In this document: positions 35,763-46,221 of the stretch, one piece after another
How the letters are laid out: each line of letters starts with the position of its first letter
How positions within the stretch are numbered: position 1 is the stretch's first letter
NCBI GenBank assembly: GCA_963719315.1
Contig: CAVRBU010000002.1
Location: 352,001-416,000, forward strand
Source: an uncultured Planctomycetota bacterium
Lineage (GTDB): Bacteria; Planctomycetota; Planctomycetia; Pirellulales; Lacipirellulaceae
Direction: 5' to 3'
DNA: 64,000 bases
The notes under the pieces: model-generated
Told to the model about the DNA's origin: nothing
The model's database searches: none
The model's input: the letters and a program-made list of their open reading frames with translations, nothing else
Program-made: the position numbers and the translations under genes

Positions 35763-36536
35763 CTAGTACTGAAAATGCTTGATCGTCTCGCCTTTTTCGC
35801 CGATCTCGGTGAGCGAGTCGATGCCGATCGAGAGGTGGACGTCGGACCAATCGCGGTTGACGCGGACATCGCTTTCGCTGGTTTTGACGCCGTCGGGCGT
35901 CAGCGGTTTGTCCGATACGAGGAGCAGCGCGCCGCGGGCGATCTGGTTTTTGTGGCCGACGACGAAGATCGTGGCCGTCTCCATGTCGATGCCGATGGGT
36001 GTGTACTCTTGGAGCTGCTCGCGGAATTTTTCATCGTGCTCCCAGACGCGGCGATTCGTCGTGTAGATGACGCCCGTGCGGTAATCGAGACCGCGCTCGA
36101 CTAGTTTTTGCGACACGAATTTGTGGAGCTTGAACGAAGGGAGCGCGGGCACGAGCGGCGGGAGATAGTCGTCGGACGTGCCTTCGCCGCGAATGGCGCC
36201 GATCGGCAGGATGAAGTGGCCGATTTCGGTGGCGTGCTTCAGGCCGCCGCACTTTCCCAGCAGCAGCACGGCTTCCGGGTGATAGGCGGTGAGCAAATCC
36301 ATGATGGTCGCCGCATTGGGCGATCCGATGCCGAAGTTGATGATCGTCAGGCCGGCGTCGTTCGTGGAGGCTTGCATCGGGCGGTTGTCGCCGTAGATAT
36401 CGCAGGCAAAACGGGCGGCGAAGCGCTGCACGTAGTCGCGAAAATTCGTGAGCAGCACGAAATTGCCGAAGCGGTCCAGCGGCATGCCCGTGTAACGGGT
36501 GAGCCAGTCGGCGGCGATTTCAATCTTTGTTATCAT
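35763..36536 (-). CDS. amn: AMP nucleosidase (short form)
   Basis: WLTRYTG, LLTNF, INFGIGSPNAATIMDLL, GKCGGL, IRGEGTSDDY, TTNRRVWE, IDMETAT. Confidence 0.9.
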   Translation of the reverse strand: MITKIEIAADWLTRYTGMPLDRFGNFVLLTNFRDYVQRFAARFACDIYGDNRPMQASTNDAGLTIINFGIGSPNAATIMDLLTAYHPEAVLLLGKCGGLKHATEIGHFILPIGAIRGEGTSDDYLPPLVPALPSFKLHKFVSQKLVERGLDYRTGVIYTTNRRVWEHDEKFREQLQEYTPIGIDMETATIFVVGHKNQIARGALLLVSDKPLTPDGVKTSESDVRVNRDWSDVHLSIGIDSLTEIGEKGETIKHFQY

Positions 36537-36601
36537 TGTTGGATTGCGGATTGTGGATTGAAGAGGGTGATTCAATTCCGCGATCCGAAATTATCCGAGC
36601 T

Positions 36602-37072
36602 TTAATACACTTTGCGACTCGGGTTATTCTTCCACTCGGCGAACAATTGCTCGCACTCCTCAGGCAATATCTGCGGGATGAGTTTTACTTTGCTGCCGCC
36701 GATGCGGAGTAGTTCGGCGGCAGGGAGCTGTAGTTCGTTGAAGCCGGCGATGTCGGCGTCGGCAATCGTGGCGCCGTAGTACACGGTATCGACGCGGGCC
36801 CAGTGAAGGGCCGACATGCACATGGGGCAAGGTTCGCAGGTCGTGGCGGCGATCGATCCGTTGAGAAATATATCGCCGACCTCGCGGCAAGCCTCGCGGA
36901 TCGCGTTCACTTCGGCGTGGGCCGTGATATCGGTCGTCAGTACCACCGTGTTGTGCGAACACGATAACACCCGGTCACCGCGGGCGATCGCGCAGCCGAA
37001 CGGGCTTTGGCCGGCCGCGATGCCCTGGTGGCATTTTTCAATAGCCAACCTCATTAGTTCGGTCGGATTCAT
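36602..37072 (-). CDS. nucleoside/guanine deaminase (CDA-fold, GuaD-like)
   Basis: PFGCAI, TAHAEVNAIR, CEPCPMC. Confidence 0.88.
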   Translation of the reverse strand: MNPTELMRLAIEKCHQGIAAGQSPFGCAIARGDRVLSCSHNTVVLTTDITAHAEVNAIREACREVGDIFLNGSIAATTCEPCPMCMSALHWARVDTVYYGATIADADIAGFNELQLPAAELLRIGGSKVKLIPQILPEECEQLFAEWKNNPSRKVY

Positions 37073-37440
37073 GGTTAGGTTGCCCGCTTGTAGACGTAAA
37101 CCCGGTATACATTTTACCTTACGCAAATCGCCGAGGCGCTACAAGACGGCTCGGCGGCGACTGGTAGAATCAACTGGAGGGAATCACTGCACGATCGGCG
37201 CTCGAATGGGAACATTTTTCCAAGTCTAGGATTGGGTACCTGAGCAACGCCCCAGATGAGGCGATTGAGGCGTTGCCCAGGCCCCAGAAACTTCAAAATG
37301 CCTCTTTCTCGGAGCGTGAGATACTTTTTACCCCGCTTGGGGTTAAGTCAACTGGGGATGCCGCGCGAACATAGGTCGCAGAACTAGTCCAGCGGCCAAC
37401 ACCATCCATGTCTTCACGGAATACTAGGGGAGTTGAATCG

Positions 37441-38205
37441 ATGAATCGCTCGTTACTGGCGCGCACGTTCATGGTCGCGGCGCTTGCCGCATTGGTTTGG
37501 GCTTCCCAGGTAGTGGCTCAACCGCCGCAACCGGGTGGGTTCGGTGGGCCGGGCGGGCCAGGGGGCGGTGGAATCCTCGGACTCGCCATGCGCGACGAAG
37601 TTCAGCAAGAACTGCAGCTTGTGGACGAACAAAAGGATAAGGTCCGCGGCATCGCCGACGAGATGCGCAACAAGGTTCGCGACGAAATGCGCGGCATGTT
37701 CGAGCAAATGCGCGATCTAAGCGACGACGAGCGGCGCGCCAAGTTCGGCGAAATTCGCGACAAATTCGAAGCGATCAACGCAGACATGGAAAAGGAGCTG
37801 GATAAGGTGCTCCTGCCTCACCAGGTGGAGCGGCTCAAGCAGATAGACTTGCAGAACAAGATCCGCCAACAGGGCGCTTCGGCACTCACGGGCGGGGACA
37901 TTGCCAAGGCGCTCAACCTGACGGATGAGCAGCGCGAAAAGTTGGAGAAACGTGCCGCCGAGGTTCGGGAAGAACTACAAACCAAGATTCGCCAGCTTCA
38001 GCTCGAAGCGCGCGACAAAATGCTGGACGTGCTCACGCCCGACCAGCAGGCGCAACTAAAGAAATTGATGGGAGATCCAATCGATTTGAAGGATCAGCCC
38101 TTCGGCGGCCCGGGTGGCTTCCGCGGTGGGTTCAATCGCGGCGGTGGTCCGAATGGGCCAGGACGCGGCGGGCCGCCTCCGAGCGACAGCAACCAATCAA
38201 AATAA
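37441..38205 (+). CDS. secreted Spy/CpxP-like LTxxQ helical protein
   Basis: Signal peptide; LTDEQ, LTPDQQ motifs; Gly/Pro-rich ends. Confidence 0.7.
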   Translation: MNRSLLARTFMVAALAALVWASQVVAQPPQPGGFGGPGGPGGGGILGLAMRDEVQQELQLVDEQKDKVRGIADEMRNKVRDEMRGMFEQMRDLSDDERRAKFGEIRDKFEAINADMEKELDKVLLPHQVERLKQIDLQNKIRQQGASALTGGDIAKALNLTDEQREKLEKRAAEVREELQTKIRQLQLEARDKMLDVLTPDQQAQLKKLMGDPIDLKDQPFGGPGGFRGGFNRGGGPNGPGRGGPPPSDSNQSK

Positions 38206-38476
38206 CACTAAGCAGCACGAGCAACTTGGGAAGGAAACCATACGTATAGAATAACGTCGCGTGTGCGTCCGATGTGAACGGCATGCTTCGGCGAGGCCCG
38301 AGCATTTCCATACACGCGAGCACGCCAAAGGGCCTCACGATGAGCATGTGAGCGCGTGCGAGGGCATGCCACTCACCCCACCCACGCCGGCTATTGGCAG
38401 TTTGCCGCGACGCTTCGGCGGCGTGCAGCATGGAATTTGACTGGTTCGGTTAGCACTCAGGAATTGCAGGAATTCG

Positions 38477-40171
38477 ATGGAAGCAGGCTCGATACTCGTG
38501 AAACGTGGGCTTTTGTCGCCCCAGCAACTAAAACAACTACGGCTCGACCGGCCGGAGTCCACTCGGCTCGATGTGGCGGCCGTCGATCTCGGGCTGGTCA
38601 GCGAAGAGGCTGCGCTCCGCGCTTTGGGCGATGAAGTCGGCATCCCGTTCGTCGACTTGGAACAGCACAAAATCGATTTGACGCTGCTGAATGGTTTTCC
38701 GCTCAAGCTGATCCATCGCCACTCGCTCTTTCCACTCGAGCGTCAGAATGGCACGCTGCGCGTGGCGACGAGCGATCCCTTCGACCTCTACCCGCTCGAT
38801 GAGTTGAGTGCCACAACCGGCCTGACGATCGAGCCGGTGCTCGTCCAGCGCGAGCAGATCGCGCGACAGATCAAGGCTCACCTGGGCGTCGGCAGCGAGA
38901 CGATCGACGACCTGATGGCGTTACAAGACGAAGAGGACATCCAGCTTCTCGATGGGCTCGACAGTGACGGCGAATTGTCGGAGGAAGCCCAGGAGGCGTC
39001 GGTCATTCGGCTGGTGAACGAAATCCTGATCGAGGCCATCGATTCACGGGCGAGCGATGTGCACATCGAGTCGCAGGCTTCCGGCATCAAGATTCGGTAT
39101 CGCATCGACGGGATGCTACATCCGCAGCCGATTCCGCCGGAGATCAACCGCTTTCAAGCCGCCATGATCAGCCGCCTCAAGATCATGGCTCGGCTCAACA
39201 TTGCGGAGAAGCGGTTGCCGCAGGACGGCCGCATCAAACTCCGCGTTTCAGGCCGCGAGATCGACGTGCGCGTCTCTGTGATCCCGATGCTGCACGGCGA
39301 AGGGATCGTCATGCGTCTGTTGGACAAAGGCCGCATGAAGCTGTCGCTGGAAAGCATCGGCATGGAGCCCGATCTGAGTAAGCAGTTCGGCGAGCTGATT
39401 CGTATTCCGCACGGAATCGTGCTCGTCACCGGGCCGACGGGCTCCGGCAAAACGACCACGCTCTACAGTTCGCTGCTGGAGATCAAGGACGAGGCCACGA
39501 AGATCATCACGACCGAAGATCCGGTCGAGTACCAACTCGAAGGCATCAATCAGATTCAGGTGCATCCGAAAATCGGGCTAACGTTTGCGGCGTCGCTGCG
39601 TTCGATTTTGCGTCACGATCCGGATGTCGTGCTCGTTGGTGAAATTCGCGATATGGAAACGGCCGAGAACGCAATTCAAGCGTCGCTCACGGGGCACTTG
39701 GTGTTTAGCACACTCCACACGAACGACGCGCCGAGCGCGTACACGCGGCTGGTGGATATGGGCGTTGAGCCCTTCCTCGTGGCCAGCACGGTCGAAGCGG
39801 TGATGGCTCAACGGCTCGTGCGTACGCTGTGTGTGAAGTGCCGCGAAGCGTACGAGCCCAAGCAAGAAGACCTCCCGAAGGATTTCCCTTGGGAAGAGTT
39901 CAAGAAACGGGGAACGCCGCTGTATCGGCCGGTAGGATGCCGCGCGTGCCGTCAGCTTGGTTTCATCGGCCGGCAAGGCATTTTCGAGCTTTGCACCACG
40001 AACGACGCCGTTCGCAAGCTGGCTCACGACCGCGCCAGCAGTTGGGAAATCCGCAAGGCCGCCCGCGACAACGGCATGCGTACACTGCGCGAAGACGCCT
40101 GGTTGAAAGTGCTGGGAGGCGTGACGACGATTGATGAAGTGGCGCGGGTGACGAAAGGCGACCGGTTGTAA
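38477..40171 (+). CDS. gspE: type II secretion/pilus assembly ATPase
   Basis: [44 protein letters not shown], CxxC pairs. Confidence 0.95.
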   Translation: MEAGSILVKRGLLSPQQLKQLRLDRPESTRLDVAAVDLGLVSEEAALRALGDEVGIPFVDLEQHKIDLTLLNGFPLKLIHRHSLFPLERQNGTLRVATSDPFDLYPLDELSATTGLTIEPVLVQREQIARQIKAHLGVGSETIDDLMALQDEEDIQLLDGLDSDGELSEEAQEASVIRLVNEILIEAIDSRASDVHIESQASGIKIRYRIDGMLHPQPIPPEINRFQAAMISRLKIMARLNIAEKRLPQDGRIKLRVSGREIDVRVSVIPMLHGEGIVMRLLDKGRMKLSLESIGMEPDLSKQFGELIRIPHGIVLVTGPTGSGKTTTLYSSLLEIKDEATKIITTEDPVEYQLEGINQIQVHPKIGLTFAASLRSILRHDPDVVLVGEIRDMETAENAIQASLTGHLVFSTLHTNDAPSAYTRLVDMGVEPFLVASTVEAVMAQRLVRTLCVKCREAYEPKQEDLPKDFPWEEFKKRGTPLYRPVGCRACRQLGFIGRQGIFELCTTNDAVRKLAHDRASSWEIRKAARDNGMRTLREDAWLKVLGGVTTIDEVARVTKGDRL

Positions 40172-40271
40172 TTGGGAGTGGGGAGTGGGGAGTGGGGAAT
40201 TGTGAATCAGCGAATCCAAACTGCCGCTCTCGACACTCCGCATTCCACACTCCCCACTCCTCACTAATGCC

Positions 40272-41480
40272 ATGCCTGAATTTGCCTACATTGCTCGTGA
40301 CCTTTCCGGCAAACGCGTGGAAGGTATGGTTTCGGCCGGCAGTGAGCGCGAAGCTGCGGCTGCGCTTTCGGGCAAGTATCTGTTTCCGCTGAAGGTGTCG
40401 TCGGCCGATGGTCGAGCGGCGGGGGCGAACAAATCGCCGCGGGTGCGGGCTCGGATCATGGCCAGCACGTATGGGCAACTCTCCGCACTGCTCGGGAGCG
40501 GCGTTCCCCTACTCCGCTCGCTCGATTTGTTGCGCGAGCAAACGCCGCACAAGAATCTGGCAGTGGTGCTGGAAGACGTCCACTCGCGCGTGCAGGAAGG
40601 CGCGACGCTGGCCGATGCGATGGCCCGACATCCGCGGGCGTTTGGCGAATTGGCCACCAGTATCGTCCGCGCCGGTGGCGAGGGCGGCTTTTTGGAAGAA
40701 GCGCTCGACCGACTTGCAAAATTCACCGAACAGCAAGACGAGTTGAAAAGCCGCGTCGTCGGCGCGCTAGCTTATCCGACTATTTTGCTGATTCTGGGCA
40801 CGGCGATTGTCAACGTATTGATCATTTTCTTCGTGCCCAAATTCGAATCGCTGTTTCAGCGACTCCGCGATCGCGGCGAACTGCCGGCGGTGACGGATTG
40901 GCTGCTGTGGACGAGCCACACGATGCAGTCGTACGGCATCTTCATCGTGGGCGCGATGGTCATTGCAGGCTTGTTCATCCGCCGGCGGTTGCAGACCGAA
41001 GAGGGTCGCCAGTTGCTCGATCGAATTCGGCTCAAAGTGCCCGTTGTCAGCGGGATTTATTTGAGCATGGCTGTGTCGCGATTTTGCCGTGTGCTGGGGA
41101 CGTTGCTTGGCGGCGGAGTGCCGATCGTGCGGTCGCTCGAGATCAGCGCCGACTCGACCGGCAACCGGGTGCTATCGACCGCGGTTCGCGAGGCGGCCGA
41201 CAACATTTCGGCCGGCCAATCGCTGGCCGCGCCATTAGGCAGCAGCGGCCACTTCCCAGCGGACGTCGTTGAAATGATCGCCGTTGGCGAGCAATCGAAC
41301 AGCCTCGAAAAAGTGCTGCCACATATTGCCGATTCGCTCGAGCGCGACACCTGGCGACGATTGGATTTGTTCGTTCGCCTGCTGGAGCCGTTGATGCTGC
41401 TTCTGCTGGCAGGCGTGGTGCTTGTGGTCGTGATCGCCCTGTTGGTCCCCGTGTTGAAAATGAGTTCGACGATGGAGTGA
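40272..41480 (+). CDS. gspF: type II secretion platform protein
   Basis: QLSALLGSGVPL, GEGGFL, ALAYP, MIAVGEQS, LLEP. Confidence 0.94.
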   Translation: MPEFAYIARDLSGKRVEGMVSAGSEREAAAALSGKYLFPLKVSSADGRAAGANKSPRVRARIMASTYGQLSALLGSGVPLLRSLDLLREQTPHKNLAVVLEDVHSRVQEGATLADAMARHPRAFGELATSIVRAGGEGGFLEEALDRLAKFTEQQDELKSRVVGALAYPTILLILGTAIVNVLIIFFVPKFESLFQRLRDRGELPAVTDWLLWTSHTMQSYGIFIVGAMVIAGLFIRRRLQTEEGRQLLDRIRLKVPVVSGIYLSMAVSRFCRVLGTLLGGGVPIVRSLEISADSTGNRVLSTAVREAADNISAGQSLAAPLGSSGHFPADVVEMIAVGEQSNSLEKVLPHIADSLERDTWRRLDLFVRLLEPLMLLLLAGVVLVVVIALLVPVLKMSSTME

Positions 41481-41543
41481 CGATTGGACTTTCTTTATAT
41501 TGAATGAACTGCTGAAAGAAACTTGAAATAGGAGCAATAAAAT

Positions 41544-41999
41544 ATGGCGACAAACATTCGCAATTCGCCGCGACTGCCATCGCAGATCGATCGGCGAGGT
41601 TTTACTCTGATGGAAGTTCTGCTCGTGCTGGTAATCCTCGTGATCCTGGCTTCGCTGGCGGTCACGACGTATAGCGGCATTCAGGACCGTGCCTTAAAGG
41701 ATGCGGCGAAAGCCAAGGTAGGCATTCTCGTGGGGCAGATTGATACGTACCAACTCCACATGCGCTCATTTCCCGGAAATCTTCAGGACCTGATCAACAA
41801 GCCGAACGATGCTCGGGCGGCGGAAAAGTGGGCGGGCCCCTACTTGAAGGAATCGAATGCCCTGCTCGATCCGTGGGACAATGAATTCCGGTTCGCGGCA
41901 CCAGGAAAGCATAATTCCGATTCGTACGATGTCTGGTCCACTGGTCCGGACGGTCAAGACGGCACCGGCGACGACATCGGGAATTGGTCGAATTCCTAG
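41544..41999 (+). CDS. gspG: major pseudopilin
   Basis: RRGFTLMEVL, WAGPYL, DPWDNEF, S.GPDG..GT.DDIGNW. Confidence 0.94.
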   Translation: MATNIRNSPRLPSQIDRRGFTLMEVLLVLVILVILASLAVTTYSGIQDRALKDAAKAKVGILVGQIDTYQLHMRSFPGNLQDLINKPNDARAAEKWAGPYLKESNALLDPWDNEFRFAAPGKHNSDSYDVWSTGPDGQDGTGDDIGNWSNS

Positions 42000-42010
42000 C
42001 CGACCAACTT

Positions 42011-42606
42011 ATGCGTCGTGAAGCCTCACCACCGTTGCGTAATGCCGGCATGACACTGGTGGAAATCTGCCTTGTGCTCGCACTATTGGTGGCGATTGCC
42101 GCGATATCCGTGCCGGCGATGGAAGGTACGTTCTCACGCGCCGCGCTCACAAGTGGCGGAGCGGTCGTGCGCGGGGGCTTCGCCAAGGCCCGGCTGGTCG
42201 CGATGCAATCCGGTCAGACCCAGGTCTTTCGCTTCGAACCGAAGGGTGCGCGATTTCAGATCGTCTCGTTGGATAAACTCGCGCTGCCCGAAAGCAGCGA
42301 GCTTCCGCCCGAAGATCCGGATACCGAACACGCGCCGGCCGATATCCTGCGTCTGTCGCAAACACGCTTGCCGGACAAAGTGATTTTCGCCGCGGGCGAC
42401 GTGGCCTCTTCGAACCAGGTCGCGGCCCTGCTTCGGCGCCGGAAGGCGGATCCTGGTCGGCCCCGATCTTGTTCAATCCGGATGGCACGACTTCCGACGC
42501 CACACTCCTTTTGCAAAATGATCGTGGCCAAACGATACGGGTGACGCTGCGCGGCCTCACAGGGATCGCCGATGCGAGCGACGTCATGCGGGAGGCAGTG
42601 CCATGA
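42011..42606 (+). CDS. minor pseudopilin H-like (frameshift at about 42435)
   Basis: GMTLVEI; shifted frame continues APEGGSWSAPILFNPDGTTSDA...VTLRGLTG to TGA 42604-42606, overlapping the next ATG. Confidence 0.78.
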
Positions 42607-43172
42607 GTGCGATTCATGGCCGAGCCGTCCCGGCTCGGCGTCCCGCAATCACCTTCACCGCAACTTGGAACCGACGCGCTGCCGGAACGACCAGGCTATC
42701 CGGCTTCACGCTGCTCGAAATCATTCTCGCGCTTGCAATCCTGGCTGGTTCGCTGGCGGCGTTGGGAGAGGTGATGCGGCTGGCCGGGCAGAATGCGTCT
42801 ATGACAGAAGGTGAAACGCAGGCTCAAATTCTGGCGGCGTCGGTCATGGACGAGTTCGCGTCAGGCGCTCGGCAGTTGGCGGCTGTGAATCAAGTCTCGC
42901 TCGATTCAACTTCCGATCCGCCGTGGGTTTACTCGGTCGCCCTCGAAGATACGGGCCATCAGGAATTGGTCGCCGTTCGCGTTTCGATCGCGCAACAGCT
43001 TGATGCCCGGTTGCAACCGGCCCGATTTGAATTGGTGCGTTGGATGCCGAATCCGAATTACGTGCCGCAGGACACGAGCGATCAAAGCGATACGACATCG
43101 ACGAATTCTACCACCGGTTCGTCTTCGATTTCGGGCGGCTCATCCTCCAGCAACAGCGGAGGCCAGAAATGA
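42603..43172 (+). CDS. minor pseudopilin I-like
   Basis: GFTLLEIILAL; position in operon. Confidence 0.78.
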   Translation: MSAIHGRAVPARRPAITFTATWNRRAAGTTRLSGFTLLEIILALAILAGSLAALGEVMRLAGQNASMTEGETQAQILAASVMDEFASGARQLAAVNQVSLDSTSDPPWVYSVALEDTGHQELVAVRVSIAQQLDARLQPARFELVRWMPNPNYVPQDTSDQSDTTSTNSTTGSSSISGGSSSSNSGGQK

Positions 43173-44395
43173 TGGGTTCGGTCCTGAAACGGCGGCATGT
43201 GAAAGCCCGGAGCAGCCCTATGGGCTTTCGTAACCTGGACCTGAGGGCCGTACATTCACGGCGCGGCGCCTTCACGCTGTTTGAAGTCATTCTTTCGGTC
43301 GCACTGGCGGCGGTGCTGCTTGCGCTCATAGGCACTGCCATTAATCTGTATTTGACGCGTGTCGACTCCGACCGCACGCGCGTAGAGGAAGCTCAACTTG
43401 CACGGAGCGTGCTGGCGATGATTACCGACGACATCCGCGAGGCGTCGGTCTATCAAAAGCAAGACACGTCGGCTATCGCCAAGTTGATGGCGGCCGGCAC
43501 GCCGTTCGATGTGGATTCGATCGACAAGGCTCGCGAGGGAGGTGCCGCTACCAGCGGCCCTGGCGGCTCCACGGCGATTGCAAAACTCAGTTCGCTTTCG
43601 AGCACTTCCGGCGGAGGCGGTTCATCGAGCGGTGGGTCCTCTTCCACCGGCGGCACGTCGAACGAGGAATCGGACGACACCATGCCGTTGGGTCTCAACG
43701 GGCAGGCCGACGACTTGTATGTCGATGTCACGCGGATGCCGCGTCAGGAGGAGTTGTTTGCGACGGTCACGGGCTACACGAATGCGCCCTCGGCGGCGTC
43801 CTCAAGTACGGGCCCGCCGGGATCCTCGGCGAGCTCGGCCGAGGCGATGCCACCGGCGGATTTGAAAACCGTCCACTATTACATTCGCCCCGGCAATGGT
43901 GTCGAGGCGGGCAGCGCGGCGGTCACGTCGCTCGCGCCCGACGCCCAAGCGAGCGCCGGCGGCCTGGTGCGAGAGGAGATACCGCGCCGCCTGCGGGTCT
44001 TCGCCGAGCAAACCGGCGGCACCGACACAACAACGTCGGGCGCGGCGCTTATCGCACCGGAGGTTGTGCAGCTTCAGTTTCGCTATTTCGACGGATCGCA
44101 GTTGCTCGATACGTGGGATATGAAGGAGTTGAAGAAGTTGCCGACTGCCATCGAAGTTTGCGTTTGGCTTAGGTCCGCTCGAGCCAATGCGGGCGGCGAT
44201 AATGTTTCGTCCACCGAATTGAATGGGGCGCACGAATATCGCCAAGTTGTCTACTTGCCGATGTCGCAGATCTCGGAAGCCAGTGCGGCGAACGGATCCG
44301 GGAGTTCCTCGGATGCCAGCGCTGCCGACGACGCGTCTACCTCATCGCCCGATTCGTCCTCTTCCGGTTCAGGATCGGCGTTTGGCGACCTGTAA
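43169..44395 (+). CDS. minor pseudopilin J-like
   Basis: AFTLFEVILS; C-terminal APEV..LQFRYFDG...W...LP.AIE. Confidence 0.78.
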   Translation: MMGSVLKRRHVKARSSPMGFRNLDLRAVHSRRGAFTLFEVILSVALAAVLLALIGTAINLYLTRVDSDRTRVEEAQLARSVLAMITDDIREASVYQKQDTSAIAKLMAAGTPFDVDSIDKAREGGAATSGPGGSTAIAKLSSLSSTSGGGGSSSGGSSSTGGTSNEESDDTMPLGLNGQADDLYVDVTRMPRQEELFATVTGYTNAPSAASSSTGPPGSSASSAEAMPPADLKTVHYYIRPGNGVEAGSAAVTSLAPDAQASAGGLVREEIPRRLRVFAEQTGGTDTTTSGAALIAPEVVQLQFRYFDGSQLLDTWDMKELKKLPTAIEVCVWLRSARANAGGDNVSSTELNGAHEYRQVVYLPMSQISEASAANGSGSSSDASAADDASTSSPDSSSSGSGSAFGDL

Positions 44396-44425
44396 GGTTC
44401 AAATAGTAGAATTGGCGACAATCAA

Positions 44426-46104
44426 ATGAAGCTTCTACGAAAGCCAGATCGCGAACTTCGCCGAGCCAGCGCGTTGCTCCTGACGCTTGTGGTCGTGGCG
44501 ATGCTCACGCTTGGTGCCGCCGCGTTCTTCGAGCGAATGTATGCCGAGCATCAGGCCGAGCGGGCCCACGGGCGACAACTACAGGCCAGCAACCTGGCCG
44601 AATCCGGAATCGAATACGCTAAAACGGTGCTCGCCCAAGATCCGGAAACGATTCTGCAGTCCGGCGGCATGTACAACAACCCGAGCGTGTTTCAGGGCGT
44701 TCTGGTGAACGACGATTCGCTGGCCGCTTATCGTGGGCGGTTCACGATCGTTGCCCCCGATCTCACGACCGATGGTTATTACGGCGGCATTCGCTACGGC
44801 CTGGAAAACGAATCTTCCCGCTTGAACCTCAACACCGTGCTACTGGCCGATGCGTCGGGAGTAGGCTCGGCTCGTAAGTTGCTGATGACGCTGCCCGGTA
44901 TGACCGAATCGATCGCCGACGCGATTTTAGATTGGATCGATCCCGATGATGAACCGCGTGATCTTGCGCGGAACGCGACTACTACGGCGCGCTACCCCAC
45001 CCCTACGCACCCCGCAATGGCCCGTTGGGGTCGATCGAAGAACTTCTTCTCGTGCGCGATGTGACGCCCGCTTTGCTGTTCGGCGCCGATCTCAATCGTA
45101 ACGGCCAGATCGATGGCAACGAGCAGAATCTGACGCAGATCGACAACGCCGATAATTCAACGGGCGAGCTCAATCGTGGGTGGGCGGCGTATCTCACGCT
45201 CGATAGCACGGAGGCCAATGTCCGCCCCGACGGTAAGCCGAAGATCGATGTCAACATGGACAACCTTGAAGAGTTGCAAAAGCAACTCCTCGAAGTCTTC
45301 ACTGCGGACGAAGCCAATTTCATCGTCGCGTTCCGCCAGGGCGGCGCTTACGACGGCAAAGAGTCCAGCAAACCAATCTCCGACGTAAAGGTCGACCCCA
45401 AGCAGCGCGGAAGTGTGCGGCTCACGACTATACTCGATTTGATCGGCGCCAAAACGCGGATTGCCAAATCGGGGCAAAGTGGCGGCGGCTCATCGTCGAA
45501 TGGAAGCAGTGGTAATTCAGGTGGTGGGCAGAGCGGGCAGCAATCGAGCGGCCAAGACGGAAGCAAGAGCGGTGGCGGCTCTGGTGGCGAAAGCAGCAAT
45601 AACAGCCGCGTCGTCATCGACCCGGCCTTTCCCGACGACCCGGGCGCGATGCAAAACTACCTGCCGAAGTTGATGGATTATCTGGCCGTCAACTCCGCGC
45701 CAACTATCCCCGGACGGCTAAACATCAACCAGGCGCCGCGCGCTCTGATCGCGGGCATACCCGGGCTGGAGCCTACCCAGGTGGATCAAATCATTTCGAA
45801 TCGCGATGTAACATTGGGCGAGCAGCACCCCGAGCAAAAGTACGAAACTTGGTTATTGCAAACCAGCGTCGTGGACCTTCCGACAATGAAAAAGCTGATG
45901 TCGCTGGTCACTGCCGGCGGCAATGTCTACCGGGCCCAGGTGGTCGGTTTCTTTGACGAAGCGGGCTCGGCCGACCGGGTCGAAGTCGTGATCGACGCCA
46001 CGCAATCTCCGCCGATCGTCCGCCGCCGGTGGAGCCTACGGGAATTGGGCCCCGGCTATTCGCCGGAGGTTTTGGGCGTCCCGGCAACCGACGACGCGAG
46101 GTAA
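44426..46104 (+). CDS. gspK: pseudopilin GspK-like (frameshift at about 44965)
   Basis: ASALLLTL, ENESSRLNLN, ADAILDWIDPD; adding one base gives GAERDYY...PRNGPLGSIEELLLV; GRLNINQAP. Confidence 0.82.
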
Positions 46105-46221
46105 GTCGGCTGTGTACAATGAAGCAGTCCACAAAACGGGGCGGATTCGGCGTAGTCTCCGACGCTGAAGGCCGTTGCGCACGTTTGTTCAACCCTGAAC
46201 ATTGAACCCTGAATCTTCCGC

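Noticed and set aside
42011..46104. Programmed frameshifting or phase variation in the pseudopilin genes
   Set aside because: No slippery run or simple repeat at the breaks; sequencing error is more parsimonious.
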